This document shows positions 1 through 12,450 of a stretch of 64,000 nt of DNA, piece by piece (position 1 is the stretch's first letter; every line of letters begins with the position of its first letter). The DNA lies in the NCBI GenBank assembly GCA_951406725.2, contig OX597818.1, forward strand, positions 9,796,001 through 9,860,000, read 5' to 3'. A model generated the notes under the pieces. That model was not told the DNA's origin and made no database searches. It worked only from the letters and a program-made list of their open reading frames with translations. The DNA is from Octopus vulgaris. Lineage: Eukaryota. The translations under genes and the position numbers were made by a program.

Positions 1-1015
1 GATCCTGGTTCATTTTAGACATTATTCTGACTATAGCAGCTTTCAAAGAATCTTTGGTGTTATGGGCGTATTCATTGACCTCTCTATCAACAATACTCCA
101 CTTGAAATAGTCCAATGGATTGAGATCTGGGGAATTAGGAGGCCAAATGTTAGGCGTTACGTGATCATGAAAATTTTCAGTCATCCATTCCTGTGTTACT
201 AGAGCCATGTGTGATAACACATATGGCCTTCCATTGCAAACCCTATCCAAGGCTTAACAATTATTTCCAGGACTTCAATGTAGGCGGCAGAGTTAATTCT
301 AAGGCCTTGTGGAAAGAAGTAAGGAGGCATCACATTGCTGACAACCCCTAAAAGCATGACAGTTGCAGAAAATTTTGTATGCATAACACTTGAAACTTCA
401 GAAGGGTCTGCACATAACCATCTGTCATTTTTCTTGTTAACTTTTTAATCTTGGTCAAAGTATTTTTCGTTTGAGAAAAATCAAATCAAATCTTCTTCTG
501 CTGGATTTTTCAGTTTGTTTTAGATTTCATGTAGTGATTTTCTTTTGCTTTTTCTGACAAACTGAGCTTTCCTCATCATATAAGACTTATATCTGATGTC
601 CTCGTGGACAACATTTCTGATTGTTCTTTCTGATATCTAGAGATCTTTTGCAATTGACTTCATGGACTTCCTGGGATTGTAATCAATGACCTGTTGAACT
701 TGCTGGATAAATCCAGGTGTCCTGATGATTTCAGTGCGTCTAGAATGCTTTTTTATGTTTTGATACTGGTGATACGTTTCCATCTTCAGCCTCTAGCTCC
801 TTACAAACTTTGTAGACGAAAGATTTGGCTACTTTTAAAAATCGAAATATTTCTAATTCGCTCTGTTCAGCCTTTATAACTACAATAGCAGCATGTCTTT
901 TCATTTCTTGAGTAAGCTGATGGTCTTCCATAATTATTTTCTGAAAAAAATATTTTATTTTGATTTAACAAAACATGCAGCAATGACCCCAAATGTATGT
1001 TCTCAAATACCTTAC
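1..1015 (-). mobile_element. Tc1/mariner superfamily (maT/DD37D-like) transposon relic, running off the window edge
   Basis: Minus strand encodes an N-terminal HTH-like segment (MEDHQLTQEMKRHAAIVVIKA.., ATG at 931), VMPPYFFPQGLRINSAAYIEVLE and IWPPNSPDLNPLDYFKWSIV; the final catalytic D in ..NPLDY is typical of DD37D. Broken by stops and frameshifts. Confidence 0.85.
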
Positions 1016-1017
1016 GC

Positions 1018-1044
1018 ACATACATACATATATACATACATACA

Positions 1045-1127
<83 letters not shown>
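1018..1127. repeat. Compound microsatellite (TACA)n-(TA)n-(TGTA)n, self-complementary
   Basis: Read directly from the sequence. Confidence 0.95.
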
Positions 1128-1129
<2 letters not shown>

Positions 1130-1733
1130 GGAAAATATGATTGTACATTAGAAATGAAAAAAAAAAAAAAACGAAAACGAAAGACTGATACAGGAACCAG
1201 GAACAAACAAATACGGTTTATAAGCAAGCGTGTTGTCTTAAGGCGGTGACAAACATAGATAAATAGAATGGTTAGAAAATAGAAAAATATACTATTCCTC
1301 GTGTTGGATATTTATAGCAGCAGGTAACATGAAAAGGAAAGTGAGGACAGGCAGAGAGGGACGAGCAAAATAAAAAAATAGAATAATAGAGAGAAAGAGG
1401 GACGCAATAGAGCGAGAGAAGTACAGTGAGAGAGAAGAGCAAAATGGAGGGAGAGAAAAATACTAAGAGAAAAGATATGGTAGAGTGGGAGAAAGACAGT
1501 GACGGGGAAAAGGTAATTAAAATAGACCAAAGAATAAATCAGTGAAAGCAAAAGTACAAAACAGAATGCGATTAAGACAGTGAGAGAGGGGACTATATTG
1601 AGCGAAAGAAAGATAATGAGACAGGGGGAGGGGCATGATTAAGTGAACGAAATTCAGATAGTGAAAGAGGAAGGATAAGATATTGCGAGAGGAACATAGT
1701 GAAAGGGGGAAAGATATAGCTAGAAAAGGAAGT

Positions 1734-1778
<45 letters not shown>

Positions 1779-2244
1779 TGGCGAGATAGAGCGAAGGAGT
1801 GACAGAAGGAAAAAACTACAGTGGGAGTGGAGAGTAAAGTAGACCATGAAAGAGCTAACGTGAGTCACAGCGAGAGAAAATAAATTGGTTACAAGGAAAA
1901 ATATGAATACGCTGGAAGTGAAACTTCAAAATAATGGTGGAAAAACTGTACGACATCTAATGAACCAGTCGTCACCTGCGAAGTAGATTGGTTTGATAAT
2001 ATATAACATGCTTTCGTTACGTGTTATAGGTGCATATGTAGTTACACGAGCGTAGACAGAGACATCCATTTGACTCTTCCACCGATATACTCAGAGGTTT
2101 TTACAAACTGTGACAAGAGGGACAGGAAGAGGAGTAGGGGAGGGAGAAGCGGAGAGAAGAGGGGGGAGAGGGAATGGAGAGAAAGGGAGGAAGAGAGAGA
2201 GAGAGAGGCGCATCAACAGTTGGTTGATACTCATTTTCAAATTA

Positions 2245-2352
2245 GTCGAGCTGGAAACGAGAAAAGATGTACTTGCTCAAGGACACTACGCGTCGCTCAT
2301 TCCCGGAATCGAACCCACATCACTATAGTCCTGAGCCCAACATCCTAACCAC
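2245..2352 (-). mobile_element. SINE family C fragment (tRNA head plus CORE-like body)
   Basis: cttgctcaaggacac...ggaatcgaacccac...ctaaccac is the reverse complement of a Pol III A/B-box head; similar to 45040-45172. Confidence 0.6.
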
Positions 2353-2569
2353 AAGAACATCCCGCATGCACAAACATATGTATATGTTCTTGTATATATT
2401 TATGTCTAGTTTCTGATCCCTATAATTATGGCCACCGGTAGCAAGGGAGTTCGACTAAATAACTCTAAACAGCTTTCTCTTTCAGAACAGAAATACAGTA
2501 AAGTCCTAAATACTGGTTAAATGTACTACACTCATACCTGCAATATACATATTTGCATAAAAATATTTC

Positions 2570-2675
2570 GACCTACCTACCTACTTACTTACCTGCCTTT
2601 CTACCTACCTACCTACTTACTTACCTGTCTTTCTAGCTACCTACATACCTACCTACCTACCTAATACATACATAC

Positions 2676-2706
<31 letters not shown>

Positions 2707-2716
2707 CATACATACA

Positions 2717-2750
<34 letters not shown>

Positions 2751-2766
2751 CATACATACATACATG
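2570..2766. repeat. (CCTA)n/(CATA)n microsatellite
   Basis: Read directly from the sequence. Confidence 0.95.
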
Positions 2767-2786
2767 CATATATGTAAGAATGCATG

Positions 2787-2903
2787 TAGGCACAGGCGTG
2801 GCTGTATGAAAAGAAGTTTGCTTCCCAACCACATGGTTCCAGGTTCAGTTCTACAAAGCCTCGGGAATGGATTTATTAGACGGAACGTGAAAGAAGCTAG
2901 ACG

Positions 2904-2904
<1 letters not shown>
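2787..2904 (+). mobile_element. SINE family A, internally deleted 5' part
   Basis: ggcacaggcgtggctgt...cttcccaaccacatggttccaggttcagt...agacggaacgtgaaagaagc matches the copies at 3071, 21366 and 36268. Confidence 0.8.
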
Positions 2905-2973
<69 letters not shown>

Positions 2974-2975
2974 GA

Positions 2976-3060
<85 letters not shown>

Positions 3061-3070
3061 ATAGATAGAT
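2905..3070. repeat. (CTAT)n-(ATAG)n inverted microsatellite
   Basis: The switch point is at ..ctatcgatag.. (about 3020). Confidence 0.95.
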
Positions 3071-3229
3071 GGGCACAGGAGTGGCTGTGTGGTAGGAAGC
3101 TCGCTTCCCAGTCATGGTTCCGGTTTCAGTCCCACTGCGTGGCAACTTGGGTAAGTGTCTTCTATTGCCTCGGGCCGACCAGATAATTGTTAGTGGGCTC
3201 GGTAGACAGGAACTGAAAGAAGCTCGTCC

Positions 3230-3279
<50 letters not shown>

Positions 3280-3524
3280 TGTATGTATGTATGTATGTAT
3301 GTATGCATGTATTTGTGTATCTGTATTTGTCCCCACATCATCGCTTGACAACCGATGTCAGTGTGTTTACGTCCCCGAAACTTAGCGGTTCGAAAAAAAA
3401 ACCGATAGAATAAGTACCAAGCTTAAAACATAAGTACTAGAGTAGATTATTCGACTAAACTTCTTCAATAACGTGCCCCAGCATAGTCGCTGTCTAGTGA
3501 CTGAAACAAGTAATTGATTAAAAG
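3071..3524 (+). mobile_element. SINE family A, near full length (tRNA-derived head, internal microsatellite)
   Basis: A-box tggctgtgtggtagg and B-box-like ggtttcagtccc; body gtgtcttctattgcctcgggccgacc; internal (TA)n(TATG)n; 3' gtgactgaaacaagtaa tail. Several copies in the window. Confidence 0.9.
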
Positions 3525-3587
3525 ATATATACATATATGTATATATTTATGTATCTGTTTGTGTGTGTGTGTATGCGTGAGTGTGTA

Positions 3588-3631
<44 letters not shown>

Positions 3632-4257
3632 CAACTCTAATTCAGCAGTTTTGATACTTTGGGATATAATTTGACCTTAGCAACCTTTTAACAAAAAGTG
3701 TAGAGTGCTTGAACAAATATCCCAAGGCATTCAAGCCGATGGCCTAACATCTCTGACAACACGCCACCGGCCACGACGTTAGCTAATAAATAAACTGGTA
3801 GCACCACCAAGACTTGCTGGGAAAAGCAATGACTTTTGGACAATCTGCAGAATGAAACACAAAATCTGATTGGTTAGAAGTCAGAATGCTCACTGTCCAT
3901 CCAACACAATGTATATATGCTTTGGCATATACCTATATGTGTTTATTTGTGTGCAGTAAATCATACATGATGCTTTTTGTCCTATTCACAATTTGATGTC
4001 AATTGATATTGAGAGAGTCGAATTCGTATCACCCGATAGTTTTGTTACTAAGAGAAAAAAAAATATGTGCTGTTATCTTTTGTGCAATAAGTACATTGGC
4101 ATGAAGCCTTATTCCAGTGAGTCACTCCTATAGCAATTTTATCTAATAAAATATCAGATATACTCTGCTTTTTGTATTGAGTTATTTTTATAAAACCAAA
4201 TATATTTTTATGTGCATATACATGTGTGTGTGTGTGTGTGTGTAAATGTAGAAAGGG

Positions 4258-4326
<69 letters not shown>

Positions 4327-6167
4327 GACACAGTGAGAGCGAGAGAGAAAGACATAGTCGTGCACATAATATGTTAGCATGTATGTTTCTTTGTATATGT
4401 ACGTACGTATTATTTTGTTTTTGCTTAAGTGTGTTTGCAGAATTCCTGAATGCTATAATGGAACGGTGATAGCAACAACAACTGCTTTCTTATTAATCAT
4501 AAAGTAACACATCTCCTTCCAAATATCTTTATGTTTTTCTCTTCTTTCAACCAAGTTCAGCCTTTAGGAAATCTTTTGAAAAGAATCCTAACAATATCCT
4601 TGGCAATATTTTCAATGAAATATGTTTTCGACAGAAACCTTTTTACTCACATTCACTACATAAATATCACGTATACATGAACATTTCACTAAAAACGTCA
4701 AGCGGAACTAAGAACGTATCTCATATAGTAATCAGTTCGAGTACGGCACATTCTATAGAATCCTTCATCAGTTTTCATGCCACATTTATAAACAAATAAT
4801 GTCTTGAACCAACAAAGGAATTTCAACATGGTTCTATGTTCTACGCTAAAAATCGCAGCCAAATCTTTAAATTTGTTTCTTAATTGCAGAAGCTGACGAT
4901 TAGTAACCGTAACAAGCTTTCCAGCGTTGTGACCACAAGCAAAGTCTGCAGGTGTACAAACGAACTAGGGAATTTTTGTACAGTCATGTTACCTGATAGA
5001 AATAGCAACTTAATTTCACTCAAGTTACACCCTGCTGTCTGAGGAAGTGAAAGTCACATCGTATATCCCTAAAAAAAAACCCGATAGTTAGGGCTGGAAT
5101 GCGGCTCACCACAATTCTATTCGACCAGTGTTAAAAGCAACAAACACAACCATCCAATAAAAGTGCCTTTAGCGGGAGCTAGATCTGCTAAAAAAAGTAG
5201 CCGAGTAATCTTCAATTTGTTCCTTTAAAATGTGTGTATAAGAGCAACAACTACTACTGCTGACTGATTTCACGTTTGCCATGTCAGTAGTATTCACTAT
5301 ATGAGACCTATACCTGCTTTTCCTTCCAGATTTTATAATCTAAATTTAGGGTCAATTAATAAAGTTTTAAATTTTGCTGTCTTGCTGGAAAAACAATAAG
5401 ATCTCCTCTACTAACGTGGAACAGCAGAACTGAGTAGCTACCAGATGTTTTACCAATAGGTTCGTTTCATGAGAACTGATATGGGATTATTATATAACAA
5501 CAAATAATCCTCATTTGTCAACAAATCATTTAACAAAAGCATTCATATTTACCAATATTGAGGCTCTGGTATAGTCCAGTTCTATTTCGGCTACAATTGA
5601 TCATATGTAAGAATGAATATGCTCCGATGATTATCATCTCATCTTTTTGAATTTCGAATATGGCCTTCATATTTCGAAGAGAAGAAGGCTGTATGTAGTT
5701 TAGGGAGAGTCAGCAGCCCGTTATGAAGTCGAGGGCTTGTGTAAAAAGCTCACTAGGTTTGGTGGGATCCAGTAGAGAAATGAGGATTGAGTTATTACTT
5801 CTCAAGCAATTCCTTATTGTGATTAGACCAACATCATAGGAAATATTTTGACTGAATATGAAGGGATAAAAAGCAGCAATTCTGAAGATGCTCCATTCTT
5901 AAATTAAAAAATGAAAAAAAAATTATCCTCTTTTTCATTTCTATTTTCCGCAACAAAACTGTTTCTGAAATGAATTTGTATCTTTATACACTGAGGTATT
6001 AATATATTTTAAAACGCATTTCATGAAACAATACAAAGCAAATTGTTCTTCATGCATATGAAGCGCATATATGTATATAAATAAGTATGTATATATGTGT
6101 GTGTGTGCGCGCGCGCGCATGAGTGTATACATAGGTACATACATACATACATACATACATACATACA

Positions 6168-6199
<32 letters not shown>

Positions 6200-6200
6200 C

Positions 6201-6318
6201 CTCGAAAGGCTGACCGGTAAAATCGATCTCGGTGGAATTCGAACTCAGAACGTAAACACGGACGAAATGCTGCTAAGTACTTTGTCCGGTATGCTAACGA
6301 TTCTGTCAGCTCGCCTTA
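6201..6318 (-). mobile_element. SINE family B, 5' part
   Basis: Reverse complement reads ggcgagctgacagaatcgttagc...tacgttctgagttcgaattccacc (A and B boxes); matches 11362, 15476 and 33233. Confidence 0.85.
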
Positions 6319-6799
6319 CTACTATCATATATATTAGAATTAATAAATGACTTCACTGCAAACTACATATGCAGGTTTTAGCTAACACTTTGTATACAGA
6401 AACATGTAGACGCCTTAACTTAATATACACTATCTTTCTAAACAGAATGGTGGATTGGTTTCAATCCTTCATCAACGAAATAATCATCTTTATCTGTTAA
6501 TGAAGTTAGTGTTCATTTTAGATGATATGCCAAGTGGTGTTTTAAATGATGACCCAGTTACCCAATAGTGTCACGGAAGTGAAGTTCACTTGAAGTATAA
6601 CATTAGTGACCATGATAGACGATATATTCTGTAATGTTGAAAAAGCATGTAACACATAACAGAATAAACTTGTGATGGGTTGTTCACCCAAGTGGCGTGT
6701 CTTGTATATTGATGATTATTTCATAGATACATAGTTTCCCTGAATCTAAATTGAATTGATATTAGTAAATGACATAAAGGTATCATAGATGACCCAACG

Positions 6800-6985
6800 A
6801 CTGTGTCTCGTGTAGCCACATACTAGAAATCACAGCCAAATCTTCCCCCAGTCACATACTGTCGTACTGAAAAATGTCATTGGATAATATAGGCCTAGGT
6901 ATATTTCTATGAAGACAGGATGATCATAACTCGAACGTCTTTAATCACTGGTCTGCTGAGTATCAGATAAACTAAACACCAACGA
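6800..6985 (+). repeat. Old interspersed repeat family D (ctagaaatagcagccaaatct... ending in an AAC-rich tail)
   Basis: Diverged matches at about 4990-5150(+), 9860-10030(-), 10110-10300(-), 29985-30162(+), 30685-30845(+) and 32020-32150(-). Confidence 0.6.
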
Positions 6986-7505
6986 CTATATCATGTCTAA
7001 TAGCTTCAGTAGAAATACACTCTGCGCCTCTACAAAGGAAGATACTGCAATGCAGAATGTAAAACACAGGACAAGATTGTGTTAATTATTTCGCTAATTT
7101 ATTTATGTACAATGTTATTCAATAACAACAATGTCAATAGCAATTTAGTGCTTACAATTTCTGTTCTGGCGTAGAACAAATTATACATTACCCTGGTCAT
7201 ATAAAATTATATACAAAAGTTAAACCAATAAACGAAACTCTGCATGTTCACTTGTTCCGCTAAATGCAGAATTACATCCTGATATCTTCAATAAAAGAAT
7301 GACGCATTAGATAATGCAGTCTTACTCCAGAAAAAAATACTACTACACTGTCAGTTCCACAACGATAGAACACCATTCTGTGTTATGAAGCCTCGGATAG
7401 TCTTGCAAATTTGATTTAAAACGCAATCTACTATTGGTAAGTCGCAGATAACCTTGTAACATTTACCAGACCAGTATCGGTTACAGAGTTTCATTTTCGC
7501 TTTAG

Positions 7506-8460
7506 AGTCCACTGACAATACCTTCAACGGTCATCATTGTTTCCCAGCAAGATAACAAGTTGTCGAATCGGCATTTCACTTGGGTTTGAATTGTGTGTCT
7601 AAGAGCTGCGCTGCACATATACAGCCGCATATCTATAGCAGACGTTTCGGACGCCACTTGTAGCTGTGTCAACTCCCCACCAGTTGCTTCTCTCTGCACG
7701 CCACCTTCAGTAATATTGTCAATACGTTTAGAGGTAAGTAGTTTTTCATTGAAACTAGTATCAGCAGGATAAGACCGAAAGAACTGAAAAAGACAAGACG
7801 ACATCTCAATCGTCCCATTCTTATACAGCAAGACTTTAATATTGGTACGACTTGCAGTGATACTTTTTCTAACAATAACTGATAAAATCGGCACTTAATC
7901 CGGGTTTCCTAACGTACCAAAGGATCGAAAACTGATGAAATACGAACTATTCTCCGATAGGTTTCTATTCGAACTAATAAAGATTCCATGTTCTGGACAC
8001 TTGAATTATCTCCTTCTAAATATGATCGGACTAAAGATGACCATTCGTAAAAGGAGCCTTGCAATTGAAATGACACTAAGTGTGCTACTTCCTTGTCATT
8101 TTCCGGCGTAAATCATTTATATTTTGTCTGGCGACGCGGCCAAATGTTTGCATGACATTTAAAAATATATATAATGAAAAAATTATATTAAAAATATATA
8201 CTTTGGAAAAGTGTATGTAACGAAAAAGTATTTTAAACAGATTATATATTGAAAAAATATATCTTGAAATATGTTTTATGATTTCAAGTATCGTCTGTTG
8301 AAATGAAGTTTCTTGAAAAAAAAAAAGAGCTGAAAGGTTTCTAATATCTTAAGGAGAGTAGACATTTTTCTAATAGTTTTCTTGATATCTTACTATTGTT
8401 ACGCATCTTAGTGTATATCGTTTACTGTATCGAATATCGCTTTCAATACTTCTCGCCTAA
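7506..8460 (+). pseudogene. Decayed class A (rhodopsin-like) GPCR relic
   Basis: Frame from 7506 ends ..DATC-(23 aa)-E, the exact C3.25 to E3.49 spacing. It is followed across frameshifts by VVFH..YQQ, TM6-like SVLLPCHFPA*IIYIL (about 8080-8130) and TM7-like FSNSFLD (about 8365). Stops and frameshifts present; read by eye. Confidence 0.4.
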
Positions 8461-8609
8461 AGCTCATACTTTATGGTGAATATTAGTATAGAGCATATTG
8501 TGAGATAATTTATCAAGTGGATTGGAAAATGTTTCTACGGAAAGTTACATTAGATAGACCAGTGTATTCTCCGGGGTAAAACGAATTTCTCATCATTCTT
8601 AGAGTAACT

Positions 8610-9770
8610 TTTAAGAATCAGAATATAAGTGCTGGGTCATTATGGTCATTGAAATTATTTTATTGAATTTATTTCAATTTATTTTGGATATTTTCTCCAT
8701 GAACTTCACAATGCCCGTTTACTTCATTATCTCTGAAACCAATCACATTTGTCAATACTCTTTGATGTGAATTATACTATATCTTTTGTGTATGATGTTT
8801 TACTTTCATGGTATTATCGGGCAGTGTTTCTGAGTTTGATCTAAAGCAGTGTTTACTGGTCTCTATTCATTATTCGTTCTTTCATTCAGTTAGTCATTAA
8901 CTGTAGATGTTTATCTTAGCTATTGTACCATATCTCATAATAAACCAGAAATAAAGAGGTATATAACCTTTTTTTATTCCTCTTCTGCTCTATCAGTGAC
9001 TCAGTTCTTCACAATCTTGTTCAAGATTAGAACATATTTATTAGGTTTTTAAAAGATTATAGCTTCAGCTTGCTGCAATGAAAGAATTTAGAGAATTCAT
9101 AAACAAAATTGAAAACAGAAAAAAAAGATGCAGAAATTAGATAAAATCCATTCCATTATATCATAAGCAATTTAATTATTTATTTGTTTATTTATAAATA
9201 TATTTATTTGTGTATTTATAGGTCAAACTCCCTATAGTACTGCAATAATTTAAATTTTACTTGTGTGTTCAGCTTAGTCTTTCGTTATAAATGCACAATC
9301 TGTATGTACATTTGTATATGTGTTTGTATGTATGTATGTATGTATGTATGTATGTATGTATGTATGTATGTATGTTTGTATGGATGGATGTACGTATGTG
9401 TTTGTGCGTGCTTATGTGTGTATGTTATTGTATGCTGATTGTTGATTTCCATTAGAAGACACTTGTTTATAAATAACATAAGAAAATGTATTGTTTCCCT
9501 CTCAATAGATAAATCTGTGTAAACACTAGAAATATGTTGCTGTCTGCGGGTAAATTTTGTGGTTTGAAGCTCCACATCTTTCAACTCTACAATTAATTAT
9601 ATACAGAAACATATGTCTAGCCTGGCACTAAAAGAAGCTGGGTTTATAACTGAAATATTTTCATGTTAATTGAATTGCGTCTTATCAGGCTTTGATACAG
9701 TCAATCTAAACCTTTTCTGTGGTAGCAAAAACACTCAATAAAATGCCCAAAAAAAAGTACATTCATGTGT
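8610..9770 (+). pseudogene. Second decayed class A GPCR relic
   Basis: TMPVYFIIS (TM2-like); ACT GTA GAT GTT TAT CTT a GCT ATT GTA CCA = TVD(R>V)YL-AIV-P (DRY region, about 8900-8930); tttgtggtttgaagctccacat resembles FVVCWAPH (about 9556); VNLNLFCGSKN (about 9700). Interrupted by a microsatellite. Confidence 0.35.
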
Positions 9771-10889
9771 GGTGAGGAGAAGTTTGCTTTTGATGTAGCG
9801 GGCTGGACATTTTTCAAAGAAATAGGCTGTGGTGCTGTTGTTATTATTGTTATTATTTATCAACCTTCATTGAGAGAAACCTTCAATCAAAAGCATTCGA
9901 GCTGTGATTATTCTGCTTTTTAGGATTATCTGGGATTACCTTATATCACGTGTCTGCCTTTATTTGAGACTGTAGGATTTCATTTGAGGAAGATTTAGCA
10001 ACTCTCTTCAAACATATTGAGTCACCTTCGATAAATGAGAAAGCTGAGAAAGAAGCTGAAGTTTTAGGGAAAAGTTGCTGAGGTTGGTGATGGTATAGGT
10101 GATGTTGTTGATGTTTAGCCACTAGTCAATGCTGACACAGAAAACATATGCTCGAAAGATTTCCACTTATGACCATCACTTCATTTTCCTAGATACAATG
10201 TAGCTGAGAACAAATTGCTTCGTCTGCTATTCCTTTCTGGGATAGCAGAGGATGATGATACAAGGGAAATATAGCTAATATTTATAGCGAGTCATCTCAC
10301 CTTGTGAGATGGCAAAGCATCAATATGACGAGGATATAGTAAGTGATACACCAATTATAAAACTGACCGTATAGGTGGTTAAGAGACTAACTGACAAAGT
10401 AGGAGGTAAATCAACAGTCCCGAGAGACCATATAGATTTAGAAATTAACTAATACAGTTGGTAGTAATAGATTAATGTTCCCAAATGACAAAGTTATGTA
10501 TGGCTGGTTACATAATATAATTCTTTATGCATTGGCTTCTCAATTTTCATGAGCAGATAATTTACTCTAACTAATCACTGTTATATAGTAAATCTCTTAT
10601 TTTATATACTGAATGATTGATAACTATTTTCTCCGACAAATCACCTGAGTAAATCTAATATCAGAGTTCTTGGCTCTGTTCCTTTATAAGTGGAATAAGA
10701 TAAGAGTGTGCATGTATTCATTACTATGTTATGTGAAATTTCGGTTATTACGTTATCCAGAAATACTTTTAAAGTTGATTTGCATTTCATATCTCCGGCA
10801 TCGATACATTAAAGTACCAGTCATGTACTTTAATCAATTAATCCTATCTTCCTGACATTTCAGGTCTTCTGTCTATGTTAGAAACAAAT

Positions 10890-11055
10890 CTTGCGGTATT
10901 GGTTACGGCTCTTTACTTTCTGAGTTCAAATGGCGCAAAGGGCAAATTTGCGTTTCATCCCTCGATGAAATAAAGTATCAGTCAAGTACTGGGGTTGATG
11001 GTAACCTCTAATCTCCTTCTCTAAAATTATTGACTGTGCTTAAATTTGAAACAAT
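10890..11055 (+). mobile_element. SINE family B, degenerate
   Basis: ttctgagttcaaat...tttcatcc...aagtactggggttgat. Confidence 0.65.
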
Positions 11056-11089
11056 CTTTATCATTTGGTTTGGCGTAGGTCTGGTTTTA

Positions 11090-11315
11090 TTCCTGGTCGG
11101 ATTTATGTGGGTAGCTGGTTATTACCGGTAACCTTAGGTATCCACAAGCTTTCAGTAGTCTTTCAAGCGTTTAGAACCCACTTCAGAATCCTTGCTGTCC
11201 CCAAGAGACAAACTTTCTGCAGGAGCTCTACAGGGCATTCTTTTTCAATCTTCAGCCATTTGTTTATATCTTGGCTTACTATCCCAAGCTCACCAATTAT
11301 TATAGGCACGACCTT
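11090..11315 (-). mobile_element. R4/Dong-type (RLE) LINE 3' fragment
   Basis: Minus strand reads VVPIIIGELGIVSQDINKWLKIEKECPVELLQKVCLLGTARILKWVLNA*, the C-terminal motif of restriction-like endonuclease LINEs. Confidence 0.8.
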
Positions 11316-11361
11316 TATTGCTATTATTATTTATTGTTATTATTATTACTGTTGTTGTTCT

Positions 11362-11563
11362 TGGGATGAGCTCACAGAATCGTTAGCCCGCCGAACATTT
11401 CGTTCGTCTTTAAGTTCTGAGTTTAAATTCTGCCATGATCGATATTGTCATTCTTCCTTTCGGGGTCGATAAATTAAGTACCACTTAAAAACTGGGATCA
11501 ATGGACTCGACTAGCCTACTCGCCCACGATTTCAGGTCTTGTTCTTAAGGTAGAAAGGATTAT
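11362..11563 (+). mobile_element. SINE family B
   Basis: gagctcacagaatcgttagc...ttctgagtttaaattctgcc...cctttcggggtcgataaattaagtacc...gaaaggattatt. Confidence 0.85.
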
Positions 11564-11599
11564 TATTACTATTTTTTTTTTTCAGAATCTCACTGCATA

Positions 11600-12320
11600 C
11601 ATTTATAGAACTTTCTGCGATTAGCTTTGGATCTCGATAACAGTGTTAAAACGCTGACCTTTGAGCTGCCTTTTCACCTTGGGGGAAAAGATGGAAGTCT
11701 ACAGGTGCTAAATCTGGCGAATATGGCGGGTTCAGAAGTGATACCATGTTGTTTTTGGCGAGAAGCTCACAAGTGCGGAGAGCTCGGTGAAAAATCCTAA
11801 TCGCACTCTACAGATCCTGTCGTTTCCGCCCAATGTCCTCCCTTAAACGCTTCAAAATGTCACAGTAGAACTTTCAATTGACGGTCTGTCCATGGGAATC
11901 GAATTCTCAATGCACAATACAACATCTCCAAGGTTGACGCTCGTAGCAGGTCTTCCAGACTGCTCATCGTCTTCTAGGAACGTTCTTCCACTGTTGAAGT
12001 ACTCGTGTCACTCGAACGAAACATTGTGTAAGACTCATCGCTGTAAGCTTACCGAAACATGCCCAATGATTCTGTAGCTCACGTCCCAAGTTTAACTCAA
12101 AATTTCACGTTGGCTATTTATGCCTGTCCATAACAAAATCGCAGACTACAGTATACACATGATCATATAAACTAAAATTTCACAACTTGCAAAGTAAACA
12201 CAGCGTTGTCACTAGGCACACTGCTTCGTGAAGGTCACTGCTAGCTCTCGTTGCGCACGCAACTCTGTGCTGCCATCTGTTGGTGGGCTACAGAACTAGT
12301 CCGGGAACGTTTGATACACT
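11600..12320 (-). mobile_element. Internally deleted mariner (DD34D) element
   Basis: Minus strand: NVKF*VKLG..ATE (HTH region), DDEQSGRP, and LNPPYSPDLAPVDFHLFPKVKRQLKG; the 5' end gtatcaaacgttcccggactagtt..caacagatggcagcac resembles mariner termini. Confidence 0.85.
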
Positions 12321-12324
12321 TAAA

Positions 12325-12450
12325 ACAATCAATCTTGTGCAATTCTGACATTGATGGTAAGCCAGGGATCATTCTCAAATAATTTTCAGTTCTGTTTTTA
12401 ATCACTCCAAGTTTCCTTACAATCACTGGTACTGTAACCTCTTTATTTCA
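12325..12450 (-). mobile_element. R4/Dong-type LINE 3' fragment
   Basis: PVIVRKLGVIKNRTENYLRMIPGLPSMSELHKI resembles PVIVGALG..KK..IPG...EIQK; abuts the mariner terminus. Confidence 0.65.

Noticed and set aside
3071-3140. tRNA gene
   Set aside because: A/B boxes belong to a SINE head; no cloverleaf or acceptor stem.
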